DNA of 64,000 bases from contig OZ245030.1 in NCBI GenBank assembly GCA_965223985.1, positions 3,282,930 through 3,346,929 of the forward strand. Reading direction: 5' to 3'. Made by a program: the position numbers and the translations under genes. Below, piece by piece: positions 41,507 to 55,470 of this stretch (position 1 is its first letter; each line of letters begins with the position of its first letter). The notes beneath the pieces are model-generated. The model was not told where the DNA came from, made no database searches, and saw nothing but the letters and a program-made list of their open reading frames with translations. This DNA is from Candidatus Poribacteria bacterium. Lineage in GTDB: Bacteria; Poribacteria; WGA-4E; PCPOR2b.

Positions 41507-43405
41507 ATGCAGAAACGAACCATCCACATTAAACCCATCTGTGCGGTTGCTGTTGGTGCCCTGCTTATTCCGGTGAACCAGTATTGGTTGATGCGCGCCG
41601 AAACCATTTACCCGGGCACATTTTCGACGCTCTTGACCATCTTTTACAACGTGACATTCACGTTGTTTGTGCTTGTTGCGGCGAACACTGCACTTCGGCG
41701 CGTTGCCCCGCGTACCGCGTTTGGCCCGAGCGAACTCTTGATTGTCTTCGTCATGCTTACCGTCGCCACGGGAATCTTCGGGCACGATCTAATGCTCGTG
41801 CTCGTCCAGTCGCTCGCCGGCACCGGCTGGTACGCAACACCAGAAAATGACTGGGCAAACCTATTTCTCCGCCACCTGCCCTCTTGGCTTCGAATTGACG
41901 ATGAGGCTGCCCAGGACTATTTTCTCGGAGAGTCCGCCCTTTACTATGAGGCGCACATACGTGCATGGTACCGGCCCGTGCTTTACTGGAGCACCTTTAT
42001 TGTAGTCCTGCTTTTCGTTACCCTCTGCCTTACCGCCGTTGTTCGGCGGCAGTGGACAGAGCACGAGAAGTTGGCTTACCCCATCATCCAGTTGCCGATC
42101 GCGCTCGCAACGGGTAACTCTATTTTGAGGAATCGAATGCTGTGGCTGGGCTTCACCATGGCAGGGACACTCGATCTGATGAACGGCTTGCACGCGTACA
42201 TCCCGGTCATCCCGGTGTTTACACCTAGCATGGACATCGGCACCTACATGACGGAGAATCCGTGGACCGCTGCCCGACCACTAGTGGCATGGATTTATCC
42301 TTTCGTCGTGGGATTAGGGTACTTCCTCCCCGTGAATCTGTCGCTGTCGGCTTGGTTTTTCTACCTAATGTGGAAGGCAGAGTTGGTGTTCCGCGCGGCA
42401 ATCGGTGTTTGGGAAACACCTGGACCGTTTCGGAGCTACCAGACAGCCGGCTCGTGGATGATTTTGACGGCAATTGTTGCGTGGACAGGACGTCGGCACT
42501 TGAGGGACGTGATTCGGACAGCCATTCGCGGCAAACTGGGCACCGGGGATGAGGGGGAGCCGATGCGGTACCGTAGCGCCGTTATCGGTCTGGCAGGCGG
42601 TGTGGCGCTACTCGTGGCAATGCTTGTGATGGCAGGGTTGTCAATATGGGTTGGCGCGCTGTTCATTCTGATTTATCTGGCATACATGATCGCGATTTGC
42701 CGCATTCGAGCGGAGGCGGGTCCGCCATCCCACGGCGGCGAGTTCATGGGCCCCGAACAGGTTCTGCTCAACATCTTTGGTCCACGGCGTATAGGACCAA
42801 AGAATGTTGCACTGTTTAGTGGGATGTACTGGATGAGTCGTGCCTATCGCAGCGTTCCTGTCGGTCATCAGCTTGAGGGTTTCAAGACAGCCCAGGTTGC
42901 CGGCGGGTCAGGTCGGGTGTTCCTGACGGCAATGGTCATCGCCTCGGTCGTCGGGACGTTCAGTGGCTTTTGGATCTTCCTTGAAGCGATGTATCGGTAT
43001 GGAGCGGCGAACGTCCAGCATCAAATAGGGATGGAGCCCTTTCAGCGACTCCAGCCGTGGATCTTAACTCCAGGGCATCGGAACTATGGGCTCCTGCGGG
43101 AGATGGGGATTGGTGCAGTCGTCACGGGAATCCTGATGGTTTTCCATCATCGATATGTTGGATTTCCCTTTCACCCAGTGGGTTATGCTATCGCAGGCGG
43201 ATCAGTCATGGAGAAGCGAGCGTGGTTTTCCATTCTGCTCGCATGGGCTATAAAGACGACCATCCTGACGGTAGGCGGACCGGGACTGTATCGCCGTTTC
43301 GTGCCATTCTTCGCCGGTCTCATCCTGGGACAGCACATTGTGGGCGGCTTGTGGACGATTGTCGGCATCGCGCAAGGAGAGGTCGTCTACCGCTTTTTCC
43401 GTTGA
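41507..43405 (+). CDS. Large polytopic membrane protein (>=12 predicted transmembrane helices), unknown family
   Basis: 632 aa. Alternating hydrophobic helices with W/Y-rich loops. No recognisable catalytic motif. Confidence 0.5.
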   Translation: MQKRTIHIKPICAVAVGALLIPVNQYWLMRAETIYPGTFSTLLTIFYNVTFTLFVLVAANTALRRVAPRTAFGPSELLIVFVMLTVATGIFGHDLMLVLVQSLAGTGWYATPENDWANLFLRHLPSWLRIDDEAAQDYFLGESALYYEAHIRAWYRPVLYWSTFIVVLLFVTLCLTAVVRRQWTEHEKLAYPIIQLPIALATGNSILRNRMLWLGFTMAGTLDLMNGLHAYIPVIPVFTPSMDIGTYMTENPWTAARPLVAWIYPFVVGLGYFLPVNLSLSAWFFYLMWKAELVFRAAIGVWETPGPFRSYQTAGSWMILTAIVAWTGRRHLRDVIRTAIRGKLGTGDEGEPMRYRSAVIGLAGGVALLVAMLVMAGLSIWVGALFILIYLAYMIAICRIRAEAGPPSHGGEFMGPEQVLLNIFGPRRIGPKNVALFSGMYWMSRAYRSVPVGHQLEGFKTAQVAGGSGRVFLTAMVIASVVGTFSGFWIFLEAMYRYGAANVQHQIGMEPFQRLQPWILTPGHRNYGLLREMGIGAVVTGILMVFHHRYVGFPFHPVGYAIAGGSVMEKRAWFSILLAWAIKTTILTVGGPGLYRRFVPFFAGLILGQHIVGGLWTIVGIAQGEVVYRFFR

Positions 43406-43552
43406 GAGACTCCATAAGCCAACCGGCTCACAACTGACAAACTCGCATGGAAAGGAAAGTGCAAAACGTGAAACGAAACTGAGTTTCTGCGAAAAATCTC
43501 GGCTTCTGTTGCACCATTCCTAAACATAATCGGGGAAATTTGTGAATCACCC

Positions 43553-45682
43553 ATGTCCGGAGGAAGAATCATGTTTATCAGCCCGAAAGAGTTAAAACCC
43601 ATCAGCACCGTTGTGGATGGTTACGAAGTCCATGCTTTCGGTCACATTGACGTTTTCTCGGTCAGTCCAACGTACTTTCCGGACCTGTTCATTCAGGTCG
43701 GCAACGCTCATCCCGTGAAAAAGATACACCCAAAAAAATCGTGGGAAATCGTAGATCACGTCATTGGGATGACACCGAGGCGTTTGCCCAGCGCGGCTAT
43801 TCGTGGCGTCCAGCTCTACCATAACACATATTTCATTGATGGCGACTGGGACACGGTTGGGTTTGCCGGCACGTATCAACACGGTCCAGATACGCAATCG
43901 CAAGCGTGGCTGCGTATTCAACTTCCGATAACCTCCCGCATTCAGTCGGTAAAGCTTGTGTCCGCGAAGGGCGCTCTCGCCTTTCCGGTTCACTTCGAAA
44001 TTCGAGTTTGTCAGTGGCACAAATTCTCTCATACACGCCAGTGGAAGACGGTGTACCAGGCCGAAGATTCCACGGAATACAAACCCGGAATGTATGACTG
44101 GCCTCCCAGACCACGATTCAACTACGACACAATCAAGCCCGATACTCCGATTCGCATTGACCTTACCTGGAGTGAAGGTGGACACGGCGAAAAGGTCGAA
44201 GTGCGAGAATGCACCTTTGAGCCAACAGAAGCCCGCGAGGTGTGGATACTCTCGCCTCAAGACTTCCTAAGCGCCGAAGTCGAGGTAATCGACGAATCCG
44301 GTGAAAATATCGCTCTGTTATCGAGGGGAGCCACTGCGTACGTTTCCCGCCCGATTCAGATGTTCTGGGTTGACGCGAGGACGCATGCGGACATGTGGTC
44401 GCTGAACTACGATATGGGGGTGAAGTGGGTGAAAGTGAATTTCTGGCTGGAGCCGCTCAACTGGCAATTCGTTGAGCGAGAGAAAGGCCGCTATGAAATT
44501 GACCCGCTTACAGATGCCGCCATCACCGAAGCAGTAGAATGCGGTGTCAACATCGTGATGTGTCTGGGCGGTTTATACGGCTTGCCCAATCATCCGGACT
44601 ACCCAGTGGAAGTTGAGCGCATTGAGGGATTCTGCAACTACGTCCGATTCATGGTCGAGCATTTTAAGAATCGGGTGCAATACTACGAGATTTTCAACGA
44701 GTACTATGAGCAGCACACGTATTCTCCTGACTCCGGTCCGTATGAGCTAGCCGCAGCCGAGTATGCTAAGTACGCGGTGCCTGCTGCAAAGGCCATTAAA
44801 GCGGTCTATCCCGAGGCGAAGGTGGTTCTTGTGGGCCCAGATCCCCTCGCATGGGACTTTATCGAGGCAAGTCTCAATGCCGGTTTGGCCGGCTTGGTGG
44901 ACGTTATCTCATGGCATCAATATCAGTGGACTATGCCGCCAGAGGTATTGGACCGCCCGAACTACCCGTGGGTGGGGCCCGAAGTGAAAACCTACGCTGA
45001 TGCTGTCCGGTATGTCCAGAGAGCCGCTAACGCCTACGGCGTTCACGAGTTTCACAACAATGAAGCCGGCGCCTACGCCTTTTATTGGGGTGAAGAAAGA
45101 CCTTCCACGCTTGTCTCGGCGAAGTATCTGGCTCGAACGATGGTATTACACGCGACTCTGAAAGTGCCTACTTTCTGGAATCGCACAGATTCTTACTTCC
45201 TACAGAGCGGAGCGTCTTCAGCGGGTGACACTTCTTTGTCGGAAGGTGCGTCTGAAGGGTCGCTGCAGCCGGCCTTTTCCTACTACGTGTGCCGAACACT
45301 GTGTGCGTTGATGGACAGTGTGAAGCCAATGGTCCTTGAGATCGCGCTCGTGGCTGACCGGGAAGTAGATGTGGAGAAGCACGCCTTCCAGTGTCCCGAT
45401 GGAGATCTTCTTCTTGCCATGTGGATACTAGATGTCGGCGCCGACGACTACCCGGCTGTTGAAGCAGCGCTCTCCGTTGCCGCAACCGCTGCTGAGGTCG
45501 TCGGCTACGAGTTGCTCAACGGACAGGAGCAGCCGCTCGACTTCACTCATGCAGGGGGAGCGCTGGAAATAAACGGGCTGTTAATCCGGGACTATCCTTT
45601 ATTGATTCGCTTGAGCAAACACAAAAACTCTAATAGTCAACAAGATGATAGCTCCGTCTCCCCACTTAATCTTTCCTCTTAG
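43553..45682 (+). CDS. Putative clan GH-A (TIM-barrel) glycoside hydrolase with an N-terminal domain of unknown function
   Basis: YYEIFNEYY (NEP-like acid/base motif of GH5/GH39-type enzymes). A candidate nucleophile lies in FHNNEAGAY. No signal peptide recognised. Confidence 0.4.
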   Translation: MSGGRIMFISPKELKPISTVVDGYEVHAFGHIDVFSVSPTYFPDLFIQVGNAHPVKKIHPKKSWEIVDHVIGMTPRRLPSAAIRGVQLYHNTYFIDGDWDTVGFAGTYQHGPDTQSQAWLRIQLPITSRIQSVKLVSAKGALAFPVHFEIRVCQWHKFSHTRQWKTVYQAEDSTEYKPGMYDWPPRPRFNYDTIKPDTPIRIDLTWSEGGHGEKVEVRECTFEPTEAREVWILSPQDFLSAEVEVIDESGENIALLSRGATAYVSRPIQMFWVDARTHADMWSLNYDMGVKWVKVNFWLEPLNWQFVEREKGRYEIDPLTDAAITEAVECGVNIVMCLGGLYGLPNHPDYPVEVERIEGFCNYVRFMVEHFKNRVQYYEIFNEYYEQHTYSPDSGPYELAAAEYAKYAVPAAKAIKAVYPEAKVVLVGPDPLAWDFIEASLNAGLAGLVDVISWHQYQWTMPPEVLDRPNYPWVGPEVKTYADAVRYVQRAANAYGVHEFHNNEAGAYAFYWGEERPSTLVSAKYLARTMVLHATLKVPTFWNRTDSYFLQSGASSAGDTSLSEGASEGSLQPAFSYYVCRTLCALMDSVKPMVLEIALVADREVDVEKHAFQCPDGDLLLAMWILDVGADDYPAVEAALSVAATAAEVVGYELLNGQEQPLDFTHAGGALEINGLLIRDYPLLIRLSKHKNSNSQQDDSSVSPLNLSS

Positions 45683-45751
45683 GGGGGCAGACACAGAAGG
45701 GAGATGGATAAGGCCACCGTATTCTGAGCATACTAAAGGAGGTACTGTCAG

Positions 45752-46603
45752 ATGATTATTGATATGCGGCTACGGCCGCCTTGGAAGAGCATTCCGACTC
45801 TGGCCGTTTACAATTTCCCGCCGGGCGGTTATGCGCCAGAGATCAAAGGGGCAAAGCGGCCACGCTCGGCCACAGAACGCTCGATGGACCTACTCTTGCA
45901 GGAGATGGATGAAGCAGAAATTCGGTGGGGTGTCGTCATGGGTCGGCTGGCGGATGAGCAGTACGGCACGATTGAAAACGAGGATATTTATGAACTGGTG
46001 GAGGCATACCAGAACCGTTTCGTGGGATTCCCCGCGGTGGATAGTGTGCGTCCACGAGAGTCCCTTGACGAGCTACACCGGGTCGCCAAGCATCCTCAGA
46101 TGCCGGGGGTTCACTTGGAACCCATGGGAGCAGCGCCAGCTCGCCGAGCAGATGACGGTGTGTATTATCCTCTCTATGCAGAGGCAGAACGCCTGGAGGT
46201 CATTGTGGCAATTTCGGGCGGGGGTCTCATGGGCCCCGACTTTACCTATGTTGACCCCATCGCCATTCAACGTGTCGCCAGGGACTTCCCCGCACTCACG
46301 CTGATCATGTGTCATGGGGGATGGCCTTGGGTCCATCAGGCAATTGCGGTTGCGTACTCTTGCCCCAACGTATATGTGTCGCCGGATATGTATATGATTT
46401 ATCCTGAGATTCCCGGCGGGCTGGAGTATGTCCGCGCGGCGAACCTGTTGCTAGAAGATCGCATCGTGTTTGGAACAGCGTATCCGACACGACCGCTCCC
46501 AGAAAGTGTGGAGGACTTCCATCGACTTCCCTTCCGAGACGACCAGGTAAAGCACAAAGTGCTGTATGCTACTGCGGCACGCCTTCTTGGACTGGAGGAT
46601 TAG
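45752..46603 (+). CDS. Amidohydrolase-2 family metal-dependent hydrolase (TIM barrel)
   Basis: Conserved His/Asp pattern (HLEPMG... MCHGGWPW... D at the C-terminus) typical of PF04909. Confidence 0.55.
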   Translation: MIIDMRLRPPWKSIPTLAVYNFPPGGYAPEIKGAKRPRSATERSMDLLLQEMDEAEIRWGVVMGRLADEQYGTIENEDIYELVEAYQNRFVGFPAVDSVRPRESLDELHRVAKHPQMPGVHLEPMGAAPARRADDGVYYPLYAEAERLEVIVAISGGGLMGPDFTYVDPIAIQRVARDFPALTLIMCHGGWPWVHQAIAVAYSCPNVYVSPDMYMIYPEIPGGLEYVRAANLLLEDRIVFGTAYPTRPLPESVEDFHRLPFRDDQVKHKVLYATAARLLGLED

Positions 46604-46627
46604 TTGTGTGTAAAATAAATCCTGACA

Positions 46628-46700
46628 CATTGTCATTCTGAGCCGCATGCGAAGAATCTCGCCCTTGAGATGCTTCGCTACACTCGGCATGACATGGTAA
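46628..46700. repeat. Nested palindromic element TGTCATTCTGAGCCGCATGCGAAGAATCTCGCCCTTGAGATGCTTCGC...CATGACA
   Basis: Imperfect 12-bp stem (gcgaagaatctc/gagatgcttcgc) nested within TGTCAT...ATGACA. The 'tgtcattctga' motif recurs at 41268 and in the 5' UTRs of LamG paralogs C and D. Confidence 0.4.
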
Positions 46701-46899
46701 GTGAGCAGCCCCGATAGATTGGGATTCAAAGCAACTTTCTCGCTTCAAGCGGGCTGGTAGCTCCGGGATTCTCGCGTAGCGGGCTCGCCTCACTTTACTA
46801 TCGATCCTATGCAACAACGTCCACAAGAGTCAATCCGGAAAATTCTTCCGAATGGTTCAAACCTTCGGAGGGTTTATCCGCTTTCCTGGAGGAAAAAAC

Positions 46900-47694
46900 A
46901 TGCAAGGGAAAGGCATGAATCACCGGCAATCTACATTCGCTCTCTACGTGCTGATTGCGCTGGCATATGGGCCCGGCGGGACTGCGCTGACAGCAGCCGA
47001 TTTTGAAATGGGGCTTGTCCTCTACTACCCATTCGAGGGCAGTGGCGAGGACCAGATTACAGATAGGAGCGGAAAACAAAACCACGGCGTCTTCAAGGGC
47101 GCAGTGCGAACAAAGGATGGTAAATTCGGGAAAGCGCTCGAATTTGCCACGCATCACGACGGGGCGGAAATTCCCGATTCGCCCAGCTTACTCGTTGAAA
47201 ACAAGGGCGACGGCTTTACGGTGTCCTTCTGGGTCTACCCGATTGAATGGAACGTCGGCGGCAACGCTGAAAACAGAGCAGTGTACCGGCACATGCAATA
47301 TAATGTCGATTTCTTCCGTGGCGGGGGGCGGTTCCACGTCCAAAAGAACAACGCCTGGCCCGGAATCAATGGGGCGCCGGCGATGCCCTTGGAGGAGTGG
47401 GTTCTGGTCAGCGCAACCTGGTCGCCGAAAAAGGGCTTCACGCTCTACCGTGACGGACTTGAGATTGCAGCCCACCCCGGTATCCGCGGAGAGATTGATG
47501 AGAACCGGCAGTGGACCGCTCTCGGGTTCTTTTCGCCTCACGAGGCGTACGTAGGGAGAATGGATGACTTACGCATCTACAACCGTCTGCTCAATGAGGA
47601 CGAAGTGGAGGAACTGTTTGAATATGAACCACTTCAGGCTGTTTCGCCCGAAGGGTCGCTTGCCACGATATGGGGAACTGTCAAGAAAAATTGA
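46900..47694 (+). CDS. Secreted Laminin_G_3 protein, paralog B (intact counterpart of pseudogene 37497-38278)
   Basis: GGAGG ribosome-binding site, ATG at 46900, signal peptide, LVLYYPFEGSGEDQITDRSGKQNHG, and C-terminal AVSPEGSLATIWGTVKKN. Confidence 0.7.
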   Translation: MQGKGMNHRQSTFALYVLIALAYGPGGTALTAADFEMGLVLYYPFEGSGEDQITDRSGKQNHGVFKGAVRTKDGKFGKALEFATHHDGAEIPDSPSLLVENKGDGFTVSFWVYPIEWNVGGNAENRAVYRHMQYNVDFFRGGGRFHVQKNNAWPGINGAPAMPLEEWVLVSATWSPKKGFTLYRDGLEIAAHPGIRGEIDENRQWTALGFFSPHEAYVGRMDDLRIYNRLLNEDEVEELFEYEPLQAVSPEGSLATIWGTVKKN

Positions 47695-48575
47695 AGTTGA
47701 CAATTGAAGCCTGCCCTCATGAACACGGTCATCTTGGTATTCCGATTGCTGCCGGCGCGATTGGATGGCAAAGAAATCGAGGACAGGAGCAGAGGACGGC
47801 TGGTAATGGCGCAGTCCAGACAGAGAAGGGGAAATTCACGCGAATGAGCAGGCTCTGGGCTTCGAAATTCCTATGGCGCAACTGCTGTTGGGTTTTCGGT
47901 GCCTAAGAATAACATGTAAATCTTTCCTTAAGAGGAGGTCCTCGCTGTCGAAGCCGCATTGTGTTTATGCTATTGTTTCAACACCCTTGAAGGATGCAGC
48001 CGTGTTCCGCGTCGTCAATTAGCAGTCTGGTGGTCTGAACAGATTAACGGATGTTTTTTCCTTTGTACACAATATGTTTGGTAATCTTGTTTTAGAGCCT
48101 TTAAGGGTGTGTTGCTTGTTACGGGTCAATCTCATTGCGAACACCTTTTACTTCGGTGGGGATTTTGTTTTCGAGTCTTCCCTCACGTAAGATTGTCCTT
48201 CAGCATCACGGCGATGTATTTTATCGCTACGCCGCATATTACATTTGAATGGGGAGTTAAATTCGACATTCGAAGCTAATTCCATCTGCCCTGGGTGACG
48301 TTGACCGTATGGAGTGCACAGCCCGTGATGAGCTTATTGCCGCAGCGGAGCAACTCAGCGCTATCGCCGAAAGCATTCAACGTCCGGCGGTTCAATTGAC
48401 AGTTCTCGCATCTATAGGAAGCCTTGAGACAGGGGAGTTGAAGCTCACTGCCAAGAACATCCCGGATATCGGTAAGGGGCATGGATTGAAGTTTCAAATG
48501 AAACCTGTGGCTTAGGCACCTATCCATTCCCTCTCCTAAAGTCTACACGTAATTGAAGAAGCCAGCCGGGACAAC

Positions 48576-48842
48576 ATGATGATGGTGATTGATTATGGTC
48601 AGTTTTACCCGGGCGGAGCATCGACGCCTGATGACGTGGAAAAGTTGGACAGTTCAATGATTTACTTTGCCCATTTCCGCGATGACATTGCACACAAGGA
48701 AGGCGCGGTATGGAATGAAGTTGAACTCAGAGACTTCCTTCCGGGAAACGGTGAGATCCCAATTCAGGAACAGGTGGACGCGGTGCGCTCGACGGGGTTT
48801 AATGGAATCCGATCATATGAACTTCTGAGTCTCAGTCACTAG
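48576..48842 (+). pseudogene. C-terminal remnant of a xylose-isomerase-like TIM-barrel (sugar phosphate isomerase/epimerase) gene
   Basis: GNGEIPIQEQVDAVRSTGFNGIRSYELLS resembles the C-terminal GDGxIDF...GYDGxISxE block of that family. It has no N-terminal two-thirds. Confidence 0.3.
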
Positions 48843-48934
48843 GCATAGAATCCCTGAGAGTTAACTCGGGAATAGAAGCGTCGCTTGGAATTTCGTACTT
48901 CTTGATAGGGGTGACTCCCCATACTCAATTAATT

Positions 48935-49432
48935 ATGAAAGACGTCTATATCAGTTTTGGATCTAACATCGGAGATCGCTTTATTCACATTAATCAGGCG
49001 TTACACCTGCTGCTAGAAGCAGACGGTGTAACGCGGATACAATTGTCCTCCCTCTATGAGACTGAGCCTGTCGGAGATAAGAATCAGGATTGGTTTCTTA
49101 ACGGCGTCCTCGGCATTGAAACACACCTATTACCCCACGCGTTATTGGATTTATTCAAGACAATTGAAAAGCGAATTGGACGAGAGCATCGGTCCCGCTG
49201 GGGCCCCAGAGAGATCGATCTGGATCTCTTAATCCTTGGCAACCAATGTGTTGACATGCCCAACTTGACAGTGCCGCATCCTGAAATGCACCGCCGCCGT
49301 TTTGTGTTAGTTCCTTTCGTCGAAATCGCGCCGGATGTGGTGCACCCTATCCTTGCGAAAACAGTCCATACCCTACTATCTGAACTGACAGATGCGGAGG
49401 TTGTTCGACGTGCAGCGCCGCCGCCCATCTAA
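48935..49432 (+). CDS. folK: 6-hydroxymethyl-7,8-dihydropterin pyrophosphokinase (HPPK)
   Basis: MKDVYISFGSNIGDR...LYETEPVG...REIDLDLL...HPEMHRRRFVLVP. Confidence 0.85.
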   Translation: MKDVYISFGSNIGDRFIHINQALHLLLEADGVTRIQLSSLYETEPVGDKNQDWFLNGVLGIETHLLPHALLDLFKTIEKRIGREHRSRWGPREIDLDLLILGNQCVDMPNLTVPHPEMHRRRFVLVPFVEIAPDVVHPILAKTVHTLLSELTDAEVVRRAAPPPI

Positions 49433-49681
49433 TTCTTAATGTGAAGGACTTCAGTGAGAGTGCCATATTACCCCCAATTGCGCTATTCATCGAGAGCAAT
49501 CGAACGGGTTTCTGGGGGTTGACAATCCACTTCACGAAGCCGGAAGGGACATACTGCCGCATTTTGCGGATTTGGAAAAGAACCCTGAAAATTTCTCAAA
49601 CCTAAATAGCATGTTGGCGCCGGTCGGTATATACACGCTGGATAATGAGGTATGGTCATGTATATAAAGAAATGTGAAGAC

Positions 49682-49723
49682 AAAAAAAGCCTGTATTATA
49701 CGAGAATCCGCACAATACAGGCT
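49682..49723 (-). terminator. Intrinsic terminator of the rRNA operon
   Basis: On the minus strand: AGCCTGTATT-loop-AATACAGGCT followed by TTTTTTTG, immediately downstream of the 5S gene. Confidence 0.55.
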
Positions 49724-49735
49724 ACATAAAAACTC

Positions 49736-49852
49736 CCGGCAACGACCTACTTTCCCACGAGGTTGCCCTCGCAGTATCATCAGCGCTGGAGGACTTAACT
49801 GCCGTGTTCGGAATGAGTACGGGTGTTTCCCCTCCGCTATTGCCACCGAAAG
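49736..49852 (-). rRNA. rrf: 5S rRNA
   Basis: The reverse complement reads ...GGTGGCAATAGCGGAGGGGAAACACCCGTACTCATTCCGAACACGGCAGTTAAGTCCTCCAGCGCTGATGATACTGCGAGGG... Confidence 0.85.
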
Positions 49853-49956
49853 AAATTCAAATATCTCTTATAAAGAAAATCTCTACTGCAAAACTATTGC
49901 TGTAATTAACAATTTGACAACTTTATAGATTTGAAGATTTACCCCAATACGAAGAT

Positions 49957-52974
<3,018 letters not shown>

Positions 52975-53043
52975 ACAGTTATTGAAGTAAATCATCAAAT
53001 CTATACAATTGTCAAAGATCGCCGTCTGCAAAAGTTGCAGACA

Positions 53044-53119
53044 AATGGAGATGAGCGGAGTCGAACCGCTGGCCTTCTACGTGCAAAGCAGATGCTCTCC
53101 CAAACTGAGCTACACCCCC
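53044..53119 (-). tRNA. tRNA-Ala (UGC) in the 16S-23S spacer
   Basis: Reverse complement: GGGGGTGTAGCTCAGTTTGGGAGAGCATCTGCTTTGCACGTAGAAGGCCAGCGGTTCGACTCCGCTCATCTCCA. The G3:U70 identity pair is present. Confidence 0.85.
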
Positions 53120-53131
53120 ACACGGGTATGG

Positions 53132-53205
53132 TGGGCTTATCTGGACTCGAACCAGAGACCTCGCGCTTATCAGGCGCGCGCTCTAACCGCCTGAGCTATA
53201 AGCCC
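53132..53205 (-). tRNA. tRNA-Ile (GAU) in the 16S-23S spacer, with CCA encoded
   Basis: Reverse complement: GGGCTTATAGCTCAGGCGGTTAGAGCGCGCGCCTGATAAGCGCGAGGTCTCTGGTTCGAGTCCAGATAAGCCCA(CCA). Confidence 0.85.
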
Positions 53206-53307
53206 CAACAACAAGCGCTGCAAGAAAGCTAAATAGAATATCAGACATAACCAATCAAACGAGCTAAACATACCACATGTTAATCAACACGTGACAGTCT
53301 ATATAGG

Positions 53308-54869
<1,562 letters not shown>

Positions 54870-55029
54870 CCAATAAAAAATTTTTGCTAATTCATTGAAT
54901 TAGCAATGACGTAACTAGCTTTAACAAGCTCTAAACTCGATGTTTGTAAAAACATCTGGGCATGTCACAATAAACTATTTAGCTTTCAAAGAGCGCATGT
55001 TATCTACCCTGCCATAGCAGAGTGACGAA

Positions 55030-55058
55030 AGTATAACATGCGAGGTTTTCGCTGTCAA
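55030..55058 (-). promoter_or_regulatory. rRNA operon promoter (TTGACA-17-TATACT) with an AT-rich UP-like element upstream
   Basis: Minus strand: gaatttatattgattttaccTTGACAgcgaaaacctcgcatgtTATACT, ~155 nt upstream of the 16S 5' end. Confidence 0.55.
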
Positions 55059-55470
55059 GGTAAAATCAATATAAATTCAAGAACTGTTAAACCGTCTTGA
55101 CAACGGGAAATTGAGACGCGTAATTAGAGAACCAACCCACTACACAATACACATAAAAACAGTCGTGCAAGAATCGAGGTATCCATTACATTCTACGGTT
55201 TGTCATATAATCTCAACCCCATTTATTTCCCGCTTATTGAAGCGAAGTATCGCGTAAAAAAGGTCGCCAAAACCAGTGGATGCACTAACCTGATGCGCTT
55301 TCTAATTATATAATGTTAATGGTGCTAGTTTAATGTAGAGTGTAATTACTCCCAAAAGCTGTACAGTTGAATAAGGTGGAATTCCGACTGGCAAAGTTGA
55401 AGATAGAACTCGACTGGCTTCAATAAAACTCAACGGCTCCGTTGAACAGGAATGCCGTTGACCGTCGGTT

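Noticed and set aside
36596-47694. Diversity-generating retroelement targeting the LamG paralogs
   Set aside because: There is no reverse transcriptase gene. No template/variable repeat pair with adenine-specific mismatches is visible. Divergence between paralogs is spread over the whole genes rather than confined to a C-terminal variable region.
48276-48527. Possible additional genes at 47670-47906, 48276-48527(-) and 48309-48515
   Set aside because: They have no ribosome-binding sites, motifs or conservation cues. The region looks like non-coding or decayed sequence next to the sugar-isomerase remnant.
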